Shown here piece by piece: positions 1 to 13,645 of a stretch of 64,000 nt of DNA. How positions within the stretch are numbered: position 1 is the stretch's first letter; each line of letters opens with the position of its first letter. This DNA comes from Eledone cirrhosa (taxonomy: Eukaryota). Below the pieces are notes generated by a model. It was not told where the DNA came from. It saw nothing but the letters and a program-made list of their open reading frames with translations, and searched no databases. The translations under genes and the position numbers were made by a program. The stretch spans positions 51,460,001 to 51,524,000 of the forward strand of contig OZ024748.1 in NCBI GenBank assembly GCA_964016885.1. Reading direction: 5' to 3'.

Positions 1-17
1 CTGCCATATATTTTATA

Positions 18-66
<49 letters not shown>

Positions 67-450
67 AGCATACATATATCATCATCATTATAATCATGTA
101 ATGTCCATCTTCCACGCTAGCATGGGTTAGACGGGATTGTCCTACTTGAGGCAAGATTGGTTGGCTGACCATGTCTCGCTCATATAGAACTGTTTCTGGC
201 AGGTTTTCAGTGTGGGCAGAGAGCCTTTTTACCATTTCTCCTACCATTTTACAGTGGGGAGTGGGTGCTTTTTGTCATGTCACCTACATGACCACTTTAC
301 AGAGAAAGTGGTGCTGTGAGAGGAAGTGGGAGGATGGAGTAGGGGTGGTGGGGTGTATATTTGGTTAAGAGGTGCCTACAGGACTGTAGGTTTAACTTCA
401 TATGTATGCCAATTTGCCATGTATTTTATACAAGGTGTATATATATATAT

Positions 451-497
<47 letters not shown>

Positions 498-1063
498 CTT
501 CTATTAAAATTAAACCAATATAAATATTACAATAAGTATTCTGTAAACAAACCATATTCACTCTTGCTACACACACTATATCATATGTGTATGCATACAT
601 AAACATACATGTTTGTATGAATTCACACATATATGTGTATGTAGATATATGAATATGCATGCATATATAAATGTACATATGTTTCTAATTATATATGCAT
701 ATATTTAAGTATATGTAGGTAAAAGTGAATTTGTTTGTGTATGTGTATGTATATATATATATACATATAATTAAACATTGATGTATATATTTACATATCT
801 ACAACAACAACACATGCACATGCATCCACAAACGACATACTCACACCAATCCATAAACACACACCCATCAATTAACACATATACACACACACATTCACAC
901 ATAGTCACACACCCATCCATGCACATATACACATACATCCACACAACTCTTTCCCCATACACACAAAATATAAGTTGATCATTATTTATTCTTTCAAAAA
1001 TGATTATCTAACATCTTGAGAGAAATGACATACAAAATCATTAACAACAACTTATATTTATTT

Positions 1064-1875
1064 CCACCACCATTGCCATCAACACCATCACCACCACCAT
1101 TGTCATCACCATTAAAACCACTACCACCACCACCATCATCATCATAACCACCTCCACTGCCATCAACACCATCACCTCCATCGTTATCACCATCAACACC
1201 ACTACCACCACCACCTCCACTGCCATCACTACCTACACTGCCATCACCACCACCTCCACTGTCATCACCACCACCACTACCACCACCACCACCTCCACTG
1301 CCATCACCACCACCTCCATTGCCATCACCTCCACTGATCATCACATCCACTGCCATCACCACCACCTCTATCACCTACACTGCCATCACCACCACAAATA
1401 CCACCACCACCACCTCCACCACCATCACCACTACCACCACCACCACAACCACAACATCACCTGTAATTGGACCTCTATGTACATTTCAACTTGGTTTTAT
1501 TTTTTTAAATACCTACATCTCCATCATCTTTAGCAGCACACTCATCATCATCATCACCACCACCATCATCACCAAGACAATCATCATCTTCATGATCATC
1601 CTCATCATCAGAATCACCATCACCATAATCACCATCATCATCATTATCACCACTATCATCATCATCATCATCATCATCACCATCATCATCACCACCATCA
1701 GCATCATCCTTATTATCAGCATTACCACCATCAGAATCCTCCTCATCAATATCATCATTATCACCATCATCATCACCACCATCATCATCCTTATTATCAG
1801 CAATATCATCATCATCACCATCATCACCATCATTGCCAACATCCTTATCATCACCTTCATCATCATCTCCACCAC
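1064..1875. repeat. imperfect (CAC)n and (CAT)n trinucleotide arrays
   Basis: Direct inspection. Confidence 0.9.
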
Positions 1876-2193
1876 ATCTTTTTTGTTACCATCATTTATT
1901 GTAAGTATTTGAAGTTTTATAGAAGATATTTAATGCTAGATTTCCCTTGGCATCTTTTACATTAAGATTGAAGTCATATTATCAATAATAATAATAACAA
2001 TAATAATAATAATACAAATAAAATCAATGATTATAATAATAAATTATTGTTATCATTATTATTATTAATGACTTTGTTATTTGCCACACGGGCAACAACA
2101 AAGCAGTAATTTAATTACATACAATAGAATTATATATAATATAATTCTATGAAACCTAGTAAAATGCCAACATATATATATATTATTAATAGC

Positions 2194-2230
<37 letters not shown>

Positions 2231-2500
2231 CAAGTTTGTGCATAAATATAACCGTTGATTGCTTTAACTCACAAACACAACCCTCAGATTGCCTTAACAT
2301 GTAAATAAAAATACTCAGAAAACAATGAAACCCTGCACTCATAACCTCAGCTAAACCAACCCCTAACCTGCATTCCCAATTTCATAAACCAATCATGAAC
2401 TGAACCACCCAACAAATGGGAAAGGCAGACATTATCAAGCTGTAGTTCTCATAATATGGAGTTTCTCTATAACAAAACTATAATCTGCGGTGACTGTAAT

Positions 2501-2531
<31 letters not shown>

Positions 2532-2747
2532 CGGTCGCTGTCTTCTTAACAAACCACTTTCCACTGATTGACCTCGATGTCACGTGATTGATTCTTTTTG
2601 AATTTGCCACCGACGCAGTAGGCAGTGATTTTCTCATTGGCTAGGAATTCAGTCCACGCTTTGCTATTTTCTATCCACTGAATTATTTTTGTATAAGTTT
2701 CTCAGCTAAGTATCCACACTTTGCCTGGATACTTAGCTGAGAATAGG

Positions 2748-2827
2748 CTTCCCTGACGACGAAATGCTTCTCTATATTTTCTTCGGAAAGTATATTTATT
2801 CCATTTCAGAAACTAATTAGTTGGGAG
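2748..2827 (+). ncRNA. type I hammerhead ribozyme motif with long stem II
   Basis: cttcc-CTGACGA-c gaaatg...catttc a-GAAA-ctaattag-TT-gggag. Stem I cttcc/gggag, palindromic stem III ACTAATTAGT, GUU triplet. Confidence 0.6.
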
Positions 2828-2873
2828 TGAAATTTTAGTAAGTAAGTTAATTTTATAATTTTCTTATTTTACG

Positions 2874-2918
<45 letters not shown>

Positions 2919-3021
2919 CTTGACCGACCAGTCTGTCAGGCACCATTCGGCACCGCTGATCATAGTACGTGCTGTTTTAGCCATACAATGATGCCATCCC
3001 ACTGGCTGGGCGGGCAGGCTG

Positions 3022-3310
3022 TAAGTCTAAAGTCTGTCTTAAACCAGAAGGCTCATTTGGCCAGTGCTTATCCCGGTTTCATGGCGTGAAGTGACTGAGA
3101 GTACAAGACTCCCCCCTGGACAGGACGCCAGTCCATCACAGGGTTAAACCTCCAGCTATTGCTGGTACTCATTTTCAGCTGAGTAAACTGGAGCAACATT
3201 AAATAAAGTGTCTTGCTCAAGGAAGCAACACATCACCCGGTCCGAGAATTGAACTCACAACCTTTCGATTGCAAGCCTATTGCTCTAACCACTAAGCCAT
3301 GCGCCTTCAC
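3022..3310 (-). mobile_element. tRNA/CORE-like SINE family T2 (same head as T1, different 3' half)
   Basis: Shares the head and CORE-like part with T1, then continues gatggactggcgtcctgtccagggg... and ends tttagactt. Other copies at 13944-14376 (interrupted) and 53385-53660. Confidence 0.8.
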
Positions 3311-3338
3311 CTTGATATATATAAATATATATATATAT

Positions 3339-3730
3339 ATCAATGATATTAATAAATGGAAACTATATTAATAAAACCATATTTATTTTGTTATATATAT
3401 TTCAAGGGTACCAAAAAACTTTGGTACGTTCTCATTGGATAAAATACAAAGTTTGTTTTATAAATAGCAAAATACTCGAGAAATCAGACCTTATTAGTTC
3501 AGGTTCCGTTTGGATAGATTATAAAACAAATTTTGTATTTTATCTGATGAGAGCATACCAAAGTTTTTTGGTACCCTTGAAATATATATAATAAAATAAA
3601 TATGGTTTTATAAATATAGTTTCCATTTATTAATATTATTGATATTATACTCCAGGAAACTTGTCGAGTGCTTCGAATCTGTTATAAATGAATTTGTTGA
3701 ATTACCAGCAAATTAAATATTTCTTTGCAT
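3339..3730 (+). mobile_element. fold-back hammerhead element, family B (likely Penelope-like pLTR derivative), inserted in (TA)n
   Basis: Inverted arms at about 3339-3463 and 3519-3645, followed by a unique tail containing GTCGAGTGC. The left-arm core is mutated (CCAATGA). Confidence 0.7.
3536..3598 (+). ncRNA. type I hammerhead ribozyme motif (family B)
   Basis: tattttat-CTGATGA-gagcataccaaag...tttggtaccctt-GAAA-tatata-TA-ataaaata. Perfect 8-bp stem I, long stem II, minimal palindromic stem III. Confidence 0.75.
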
Positions 3731-3754
3731 ATATATATATATGCCCCCACACCC

Positions 3755-4024
3755 CCTACCGCAAGGTGGTCGTGGAGGTGCCACGGCAAAAAAGCACCCA
3801 GCCCACACTGTAAAGTGGACGTGTAGGCGCCACGAAAAAGCACCCAGCACTCACTGTAAATGAGGTTGGTGTTAGGAAGGGCATCCAGCTGTAGAAATCA
3901 AGCCAAATCAGTTCCTGTATGAGCAAGGCATGGTCAGCCGACCAGACACTGCCCACAACAGGACAACCCGTCTAACCCATGCTAGCGTGGAAGAACGGAC
4001 GTAAAACGGTGATGATGATGATGA

Positions 4025-4028
<4 letters not shown>
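3755..4028 (+). mobile_element. RTE-tailed short element, family R (48-bp modules, AGGAAGGGCATCC, tail)
   Basis: Repeated cactgtaaa...gccacg..aaaaagcacccagc modules and tail cccgtctaacccatgctagc..gga..cggacgtaaaac(GAT)n. Other copies at about 79-310(-), 4318-4520, 13665-13910, 22395-22677, 30298-30521, 52592-52808(-) and 56595-56845. Confidence 0.8.
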
Positions 4029-4062
<34 letters not shown>

Positions 4063-4582
4063 CATTCTAAATCCATTGTTGATTTCTAAAAAATACCCAT
4101 AAATTTTCATATCCATTCTGTCCTATTATAATCAGAAATGGATCTTATCAACTGAATGGCTTTCCAATATTTTATGCAAAACTAGCGTCACAAGTGCAAT
4201 ACCACCTTAATATACAACTCTGCTGGAGAGCGAGGTGGCTGAAGATGTAAAGACACAGCTGTCTGTTGATCCTATGTACTGATACTATATATATATATAT
4301 ACTATATATATATATGTACCATGTAGGTAACACGGTAAAAAACCTCCCAGTCCACACTGTAAACGTGGTTGGTGTTAGGAAGGGCATCCAGCCGTGGAAA
4401 ACCCGCCAGACAGTCCTATATGAGCAGGACAACCAATCTTGCCTCAAGTGGGAAAACTCCCGTCCAAACCCATGCAAGCATGGAAGATGGACGTTAAACG
4501 ATGATGATGATGATGATGATATATATATATATACATATACACATATATTTACATAAGTTTTTGTGTGTCTGTGTATATATAA

Positions 4583-4619
<37 letters not shown>

Positions 4620-4845
4620 AATATATATCATTGGTTTAAAATAGGTACACTGCATGCCTGTGTGGCTAAATGGGTTAGCGTCAGAAAGGTCATCTAACTG
4701 TAAAACATTGCCCCCCAAAATTATCATCCAATCCTTGCAAACATATAAAAGAGAATGTAAAAATTGTTTATATATATATACGTTAAAAAAAAAAATTAAA
4801 AAAATATATATATATGTATATATATATATACTGTATATATATATA

Positions 4846-5036
4846 TAACGAAGGAGTTGTGGAAAGGAACCAGCCGACCATAACACACCAGAGTACTCAA
4901 TACTTAGGGTAGTAGAGTGGGTAATAGGAAAATGTATGATCCCGACGGCAGAGTTCAAGCCGTTTCAACGGCTATTTCTGGACTGAAATAGCCATCGAAA
5001 TGGCTTGAACTCTGCCGTCGGGGTCATACATTTTCA
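4846..5036 (-). mobile_element. fold-back element, family C, with a hammerhead-like 3' half
   Basis: Inverted arms of about 50 bp (4928-4978 and 4985-5036), GAAA-cggc...gccg-TC, and a tail with TATTGAGTACTC. Relatives at 27413-27470 and 37330-37442. Confidence 0.55.
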
Positions 5037-5179
5037 TATATATATATATATATACTGTATATAAACCTACACACACACTCGTATGTCGAACTGGGACATT
5101 GTACATCACGGATTTTTAATTAGCCATATTTCATTAACTCTTTAATTATTATATATCTAATGAAATTAACAACCAATGA

Positions 5180-5371
5180 GGATTGGCTGAAAAGTTCATA
5201 GGCTCATTATGAAGGATTGATGTTACAGCTGTGAAATCTTACATGCACTAATTTCAACTCTTCTTATTAATATCTGCATAGTTTCTTTCCAGAGACTATG
5301 CTGATAAATAAACCACATTTACTCATTCCATGAGAGTATCTTGGTCAGCCTATGTACCTTTCAGCCGATCC
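5180..5371. mobile_element. mariner-type MITE
   Basis: TIRs ggattggctgaaaagttcataggct / agcctatgtacctttcagccgatcc. Confidence 0.65.
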
Positions 5372-6200
5372 AAATATATATGTTTTAATTAATTTTGAAA
5401 ATCATTAAAATTTTGGAGGAATTAATAAAACGTGTAAACTTTTCATGAACATAACTTGACAAAAATTTCTTTAAAATACTTTGATGGAAGATTTTTAAAG
5501 AAATATTAATTTAATATCAAAAGAGTTACGGCATGGAGAAAAGAAAGGCAAAGTTGGTGCGGGTAGGATTTGAACTCAGAACATAGTGAGGTGCCATCAA
5601 ATGTGAGAAAGTATTTTGTCGGATTTTTTTTTATAATGATTATGTAAATCGAATGAGAAGAAAAAAGAAAGAAATGAAAAACACATTGCCCAAAGTGTAT
5701 GTTTATGGTAGAAGAAAGAATGAAAAATGAGCTAAACCAAAGTAAATAAAAAAAGAAGGGCAGGTAATCCATGTTTATGGATATTACTAGAACAACATTT
5801 CTCTTGAATATTTTCATAATGGGGCTTTTTAGTGTGTGTGTGTGTGTGGACACTAAGTATGTGCTATGTGTAGGTATGGTGTGTTTTAGGAGAGAAGGGC
5901 ATTTCTTAGACGAATTATAAACTATACAACAAAAATTCCCTCCATTAAGACTGAAACAGAGAAAAAGACAGAACCTACCCCACACTCCAACAAAAACTAT
6001 GATGATAATAATAATAATGATAATAATAATAAATTATGAAGAATTAAGTAAAAGAAAAGCAGTTCCTAGTTTTACAGGAATAACATGATATAAAATGAAA
6101 TTAATATTGGGAATAAATTCAGGCATAATATTTTTTTTTTTGCTGTTAGGGATAGGTAAAAAAAAAAACTATATATATATATAAATATGTATATACACAA

Positions 6201-6241
<41 letters not shown>

Positions 6242-6391
6242 TGAAAATCGGATTGCTTTCCTTTTCACTATTAGCTTTTTTAAGTTTTTTCTTTTACTGT
6301 TCAACTCTCTCTCTCTCTCTTTCTATATATATATATATATATATATTTATATGAAAGCCAAAATGGAAAGTAGATGTTAAATGATGATGAT

Positions 6392-6444
<53 letters not shown>

Positions 6445-6591
6445 TTATTATATATATATAATTTTTTTTTTTTTTGCTCACCGAGCATTATGAACAGAAA
6501 CAGAAAAAATAACGATGTTGATAAAAATAATAAATAACAGTACAAAACAAAAGACAACTTGACATTAATGTAATAAATGCATGTATGTGTG

Positions 6592-6661
<70 letters not shown>

Positions 6662-7083
6662 TATTATATATATATATATTATATATATATATTATATATA
6701 TATATTATATATATAATGTATGAATATATTATATATATATAATATATAAATATATTATATATATGTACCTATGGAAAGATATATTATAAATATAAGTGAA
6801 TGGGGTGGGGTAACAGAAATGAGCATGTCCATACATTGCTAGGTGTTTGTGTATATGAATATATACGTGTATATATATATATGTGTGTGTTCATGTGAGC
6901 ATGTGTCGTCCGTGTTTAGGTAAGCAGATGTATAATCTATAAAATATGTATTTGTGTAAAAGTCATCAACCATAATTTTGTTGTTGTGAGTTCCTGTATA
7001 TATGAAATTATTTTTTTACATTTAGATTTATATATATATAGACACATATACAAAAACACACACAAACATATATATACATACAT

Positions 7084-7141
<58 letters not shown>

Positions 7142-8197
7142 CCATAGATGCAAATAATTATGCTTATAAAAATAAAAATAAACTTTCTGATTTAAGTATA
7201 CATTTTCGGGGTATGTATAAATCTGTAAAGCCCAAACATACACACACATCTACATGTTAACATAATTGTGTGTGTGTGTGTGTGCGCACGTGCGTGCATT
7301 GAAAGAGAGACAAGGGTAGAGAAAAAGTCAATCTGACATAGAAAAAAAAGAGCTTGAAGCTGGCAATGCAAGACAAAGAGGGCTGGGAACAGAAATAGGG
7401 AATTCAACAAGTTAAGACAGCTAAGACAAGAAAGAGAGCAAAAAAGAAGCCTATAGATGAGACAATTCAAGTTTAAGAGAAATAAAGTATGCTAAACAAA
7501 GTAGAGAAGGTACAACTGGTTTGGTTTGGGAATAATAGAGAAAGAAAAGTATCTAGATTGAGATATAGTGAAGAAGGTGAAACAAAAGATGGCACTGAAG
7601 TGTGAACTGTAAATGTTTATATATTTATTTTAATGCCATTCCAGAGAAATTTCAGATTACATGAAGGATTTGTGAAAGCCATATATTTCCTTACAGTATT
7701 TATAGTTGTTGTTGTTGATTTTGTTGTTAATTATTCAACTTTGTTTTTGTTAACTGTGGGTGTTTATATTTATAACAATGTCTTCTGTTGCAGAAAAATG
7801 GCTTTCACAAATAAGAGAAGGGGAAGATTGTGAGTAAGGGGGAAAGTGAGAGGAAAGGAGTAAGGAAGAGCAATGGGGTGAGGGAGAGGAACAGGGTGAG
7901 GGAAAGGAAAGGTGAAAGGGAGATAGATGATCAAATATATAATGGCAGTAAAGGTAAGTGGGAGATAGTCAAAATAACAACAGATACACACATTCATGCA
8001 TGTATACATACATGTGTACATATATATCATCATCAACATTTAACGTCCATTTTTCCATGATAGCATGGGTTAAACAAGTTGTCTTGTTAGATAGGTTAGG
8101 TCAGGTGACCATGTAATTGCTCATACAGAACAAATTTTGGCTTGTTTTCTTCAGCAGGATGTCTTTCCTAATGCCAACCACATTTACGGTGAGTACT

Positions 8198-8918
8198 GGG
8201 TGCTTTTTGTTATGTCACCTTCACGACCACTTTGCAGTGTAGGCTGAGCGCTTTTTGTCGTGTCGCCATCAAAACCACTTTACAGTGTGGGCTGAGTGCT
8301 TTTTGTCGTGTCACCATCACAACCACTTTACAGTGTGGGCTGAGTGCTTTTTGTCGTGTCACCATCACAACCACTTTACAGTGTGGGCTGAGTGCTTTTT
8401 GTCGTGTCACCATCACAACCACTTTACAGTGTCGGCTGAGTGCTTTTTGTCGTGTCGCCATCACAACCACTTTACAGTGTCGGCTGAGTGCTTTTTGTCG
8501 TGTCACCATCACAACCACTTTACAGTGTGGGCTGAGTGCTTTTTGTCGTGTCGCCATCACAACCACTTTACAGTGTCGGCTGAGTGCTTTTTGTCGTGTC
8601 ACCATCATAACCACTTTACAGTGTGGGCTGAGTGCTTTTTGTCATGTCACCATCACAACCACTTTACAGTGTGGGCTGAGTGCTTTTTGTCGTGTTACCA
8701 TCACAACCACTTTACAGTGTGGGCTGAGTGCTTTTTGCCATGCCACCATTACAACCACTTTACAGTGTCGGCTGAGTGCTTTTTGTCGTGTTACCATCAC
8801 AACCACTTTACAGTGTGGGCTGAGTGCTTTTTGCCATGTCACCATCACAACCACTTTACAGTGTGAGCCGAGTGCTTTTTGTCATGTCACCATCATAGCC
8901 ACTTTACAGTGTGAGCTG
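8198..8918 (-). repeat. 48-bp minisatellite (about 15 copies) inside a family R element (8027-8918)
   Basis: Unit tgctttttgtcgtgtcaccatcacaaccactttacagtgtgggctgag. The adjacent 8027-8197 is the family R body and tail. Confidence 0.95.
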
Positions 8919-9100
8919 GGGACTTTGGTGAGAGAGGTGTATGGAGATTAGGAAAGTAGACCACTTCAGCTGACCCACTAGAATAGTAATCCAGTAATCC
9001 ATTCTATCAAACACCTTTATCTGAGATCTCTTATACATTTATGTTACCTGCAGCAGGTTAGCAAATCATTTTACCTGACAGCTACCAGACATTCACTTAA

Positions 9101-9361
9101 CCCTTTAGCATTTAAACAGGCTGTATCCGGCCATAATTCTCTCAAACACCTGTTCAAACCAGGCATAACTGGCCATAATTCTCTCAAACACCTGTTCAAA
9201 CCAGGCATAACTGGCCACTCATACTGATGTTAAGGTATTCTTCTCAAAATAAATAATATCAAAATTTCATAGATTCGATATTATGTGAGATAATTATGTG
9301 AGGTAAAGCCTTTACTATGAAAATATAATAGGAAATATAGAGTAATGTAAATGCTAAAGGG
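9101..9361 (+). mobile_element. piggyBac-type MITE
   Basis: TTAA|CCCTTTAGCATT...AATGCTAAAGGG|TTAA, with an internal tandem duplication of about 42 bp. Confidence 0.85.
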
Positions 9362-9809
9362 TTAAATAACTCCACATGACCTGTTGCACATCACTTCAAA
9401 TCACCTGCTTATATCTCAATCAGTGGTGTTCTTTTACTCCAGATATCCTCTGCATCTTGTTACCCTGAGGAACAATGTCATGATTTTCACTTTGGCTCTT
9501 CTGTCCCTTTGGTCTGAAAAATATAATGATGTCCACCTAACAGCTCTCTAACACCCTTTCGTTTTGAATCATATCTCATATGTGTCCTCTCCATTTCCTA
9601 TCCCACTACGACACACCATACACACACCTCTATGCACTTATAAACATATACACAAGACAGACCACATCTCCACACTAAATAGTGGGGAGATGTAGTCTGT
9701 GTGGTCCACTAATCCCCCCCCCCCCTTTACAGCTAAGTAACCCTACTACTCTTCTACACACACACACATCTCCTCCTACCTCTCCCTATACATTTTACAC
9801 ACATATACG

Positions 9810-10298
9810 AAGAAGGGTTTCTCCCTGCGTACGAAAGGCCGGTTATATGATGCCTGTGTGAGGAGTGCGATGCTGCATGGTAGTGAGACATGGGCAGCAA
9901 CTGCAGAGGATATGCGACGGCTGGAGAGAAATGAGGCAAGCACGCTCCGTTGGGTGTGCAGTGTCAATGTGCGTGAACAACCCACCGTGGATATGTTGAG
10001 AGAGAAACTGTCTGAGAGGGATAGTATGTAGTGTGCGAGAGAGGAAACTGAGGTGGGATGGACATATGATGCGCATGGAGGATGACCGATGAGTGAAGAA
10101 GTGCCAGGAAATGCCAGTTGAAGGAGACATGGTAGAGGTCGACTCCGAAAAACATGGGCGGAGGTGGTGAGAACAGACCCCAGATCGCTGAAGTTCACAG
10201 ATGATGAAGGACCGTGACAAGTGGAGAGATGCTGTGTTGAATAGGACCCGTCCCACCCTTGCAAGCAGGGAAAAGCGGACATAAAATGATGATGATGA
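9810..10298 (+). mobile_element. RTE LINE 3' fragment
   Basis: Encodes LYDACVRSAMLHGSETW...LERNEAS with frameshifts. Ends in cccacccttgcaagcagggaaaagcggacataaaa(TGA)n. Confidence 0.9.
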
Positions 10299-10581
10299 TC
10301 TATGTATCAATGCATCAGTGTATCAACCAACATAGAAAAAAATATAAGCTGTTTAAAAAGTGACTAAATGCATGGTTTATAGAGTTGTGTGTGTGTATGT
10401 GGTTTTGTTCAGGTGTATTCAACATGTATGTGAATGTGTATGAGTGTATGAAGGGGAAAGAAAAGAAAGTAAAAAAAAAAGTTAAATAGAAAACAGAATA
10501 ACACTCAAGGGACATATGTATAAAGGATTATATATGTGCATATAAATATATATATATGTAAAACTTTATACTTATATATAC

Positions 10582-10628
<47 letters not shown>

Positions 10629-10759
10629 GGTGTGTATAATTATGTATATTCATACGTATATGTGTGTATATATTTATTTAATTATGTATATACATACATA
10701 TATATGTGTATATATAAATAATTAAGTATATACATTAATATATATATGTGTGAGTGTGT

Positions 10760-11103
10760 GTCATCATTTCATCATTTCATTTTTACGTCCGCTTTTTCCC
10801 TGCTTGCAACGGTGGGACAGGAACTGATTCTGGCTTGATTTCTACAGCTGGATGCCCTTCCTAACACCAACCTCATTTACAGTGAGTGCTGGGTGCTTTT
10901 TGCCATGGCACCTCTACGACCACTTTGCAGTGGAATGATATGGACCCCAGTCCCTATCATCTCCATTCTACAGCTGAGTAAACTGGAGCAATGTGAAATA
11001 AAGAGTCTTGCTCAAGGAAACAACACATCACCCGGTCTGAGAATTGAACTCACAACCTTTCGATTGCCAGACCAATGCTCTAACCACTAAGCCATGTGCC
11101 TCC

Positions 11104-11105
<2 letters not shown>
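10760..11105 (-). mobile_element. SINE family T1
   Basis: Reverse complement of 46442-46772. Confidence 0.85.
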
Positions 11106-11488
<383 letters not shown>

Positions 11489-12182
11489 GAAATCCAAAAA
11501 CAGAAAACCAGGTGAGAAATTGTAATGAATATGCCAAAAAAAAAAAAAATGATAACAACACCAACAAAATACCTATAAAAGATAAATTGCAGAAAAGAAT
11601 TAGAAATATTTTAAAATAAATTCTTTGTAATATTTTGTATTATTTACAACTACAACAGTTCAACACATCCTTAGAATAATACTGCCATATGGAACATTTC
11701 CATGAGGTCCAGATTAAAAGTTTATGAACCTCAAATATTCTTAACTTTATTTCATTTCCCTACCCTCACCTACAGCCTGCATTTTCCGCATAAATGCTCA
11801 TGTGAAATACCATTTAGTATTTTCAAAGAGCCACTTGCATTTTCTACTGATACATTAGTTCTACCTGTATTAATCCAACACAGCACTAAATTTTCCGCAC
11901 AAATGCATCCTTGAGATGTGACTTGTATATCTTAAAATGATGGGAAAAATTTTCTTGAAAAATAAATAAGAAAAAAGCATATACATATATATTTGTGTGT
12001 GTATATATATACATATATATGAATATATATATATGATTATATATATATATGTGAATAAGTGTGTGCGTGTTTACATGTATCTGTGTGAAAATATGTAGAT
12101 AAGAAATGTGATTTCATAAAACAAGATAAGTTCATGTATATGTTTATATAACTGCCTCTGAATACATACATATACATATAAC

Positions 12183-12224
<42 letters not shown>

Positions 12225-12667
12225 CATATATATGTTCATATATATAATATATATATAATATATATGTTCATATATATAATATATATATAATATATACATC
12301 AACATATATATGTTCATTTATATAATATATATAATATATACATCAACATATATATGTTCATATATATGCATATATATATATATACATATATTTATATATA
12401 TATACATATATCTATGTATATATTCTCATGTTCATCAATAACAGGTATATATATATATATATATTGATGAACATGAATGTGTACTCAGTATCAAGGTAGT
12501 GTTTAAATATTCAATATTATGTGTAAGTGGTGAATCTTGTTACCCTGGAGTTTCTCCATGGTAACAATACTCATCACTTGCCCATAATAAAGAATATATG
12601 TGTGTGTGAAGAAATGTAATTAGAAAAAACACCACAGTAAACGATAAATTACAATGAAAATATATTA

Positions 12668-12724
<57 letters not shown>

Positions 12725-12749
12725 TATTTATATATAATCAACATTATTT

Positions 12750-13415
12750 ATCGTCCGCTTTTCCCTGCTTGCAAGGGTGGGACAGGTCCTATTCAGCACA
12801 GCTTCTCTTCATTCGTCATGGTCCATCATCTCCTCGGTGAGTTTCAGCAATCCGAGGTTAACTTTCACCACCTCTGTCCATGTTTTTCGTGGTCTTCCCC
12901 TACTGCATCTTCCTTCTACTGGGATTTCTTGGCACTTCTTTACCCAGTGGTCATCCTCCATGTGCATCACATGTCCATACCAACTCAGTCTTCTCTCCTG
13001 CACACCACAACTTATACCCAGTTTCTCTCTCAACTCATCCATGCTTGGTCGTTCACGCACATTGACATTGCACATCCAACAGAGCATGCTTGCTTCATTT
13101 CTCTCCAGCCGTCACATAACCTCTGTGTTGCTGCCCATGTCTCACTACCATGCAGCATCGCACATCTCACACAGCTCGCTAAACTTCTTCCAATGCGTCC
13201 TTATTCTAGATACTATGGCCTCGGAACACCTCCCTCCCATGCTAATCTGATCGCCTAGGTACCAGAAGCTATCAACCACTTCTATAGAACTCACCTGCAT
13301 TTGAGAAATGTGTTTATCACTGCGATTACTACTGTCAACTTTCCCTGTACATCTACTGCATATGTAGTTTTCCCTACCTGTTATTTTGCTTGCTGTCCCA
13401 CTACATCTCTTGTGT
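12750..13415 (-). mobile_element. RTE LINE 3' fragment
   Basis: Minus-strand ORF ...ERRLSWYGHVMHMEDDHWVKKCQEIPVEGRCSRGRPRKTW. Same tail as the 9810 copy. Confidence 0.92.
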
Positions 13416-13431
13416 ACATTTTATAGAATTT

Positions 13432-13484
<53 letters not shown>

Positions 13485-13487
<3 letters not shown>

Positions 13488-13645
13488 TATCCCAGATTCA
13501 ATCAGTGGTAACCAAGGTAAATAAGGTACTCAATACATAGCAGAGTATAAATATTTAATATAGAAAGGGCTTGTACAGGACTAGAACTGTTTCATTCGGA
13601 GGAAATCATCAGAAATCATCAGAAAAGCCATTTCTATATTAAATA
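13485..13645 (-). mobile_element. hammerhead element, family A
   Basis: Reverse complement reads CTGATGA-tttc ctcc gaat-GAAA-cagttctagtcctg-TA, with the same tail as 28197 and short inverted flanks. Confidence 0.7.

Noticed and set aside
8232-8951. 239-aa Cys-rich repeat protein, or a CRISPR-like array
   Set aside because: A contiguous 48-bp tandem repeat from a SINE module. No unique spacers and no cas genes.
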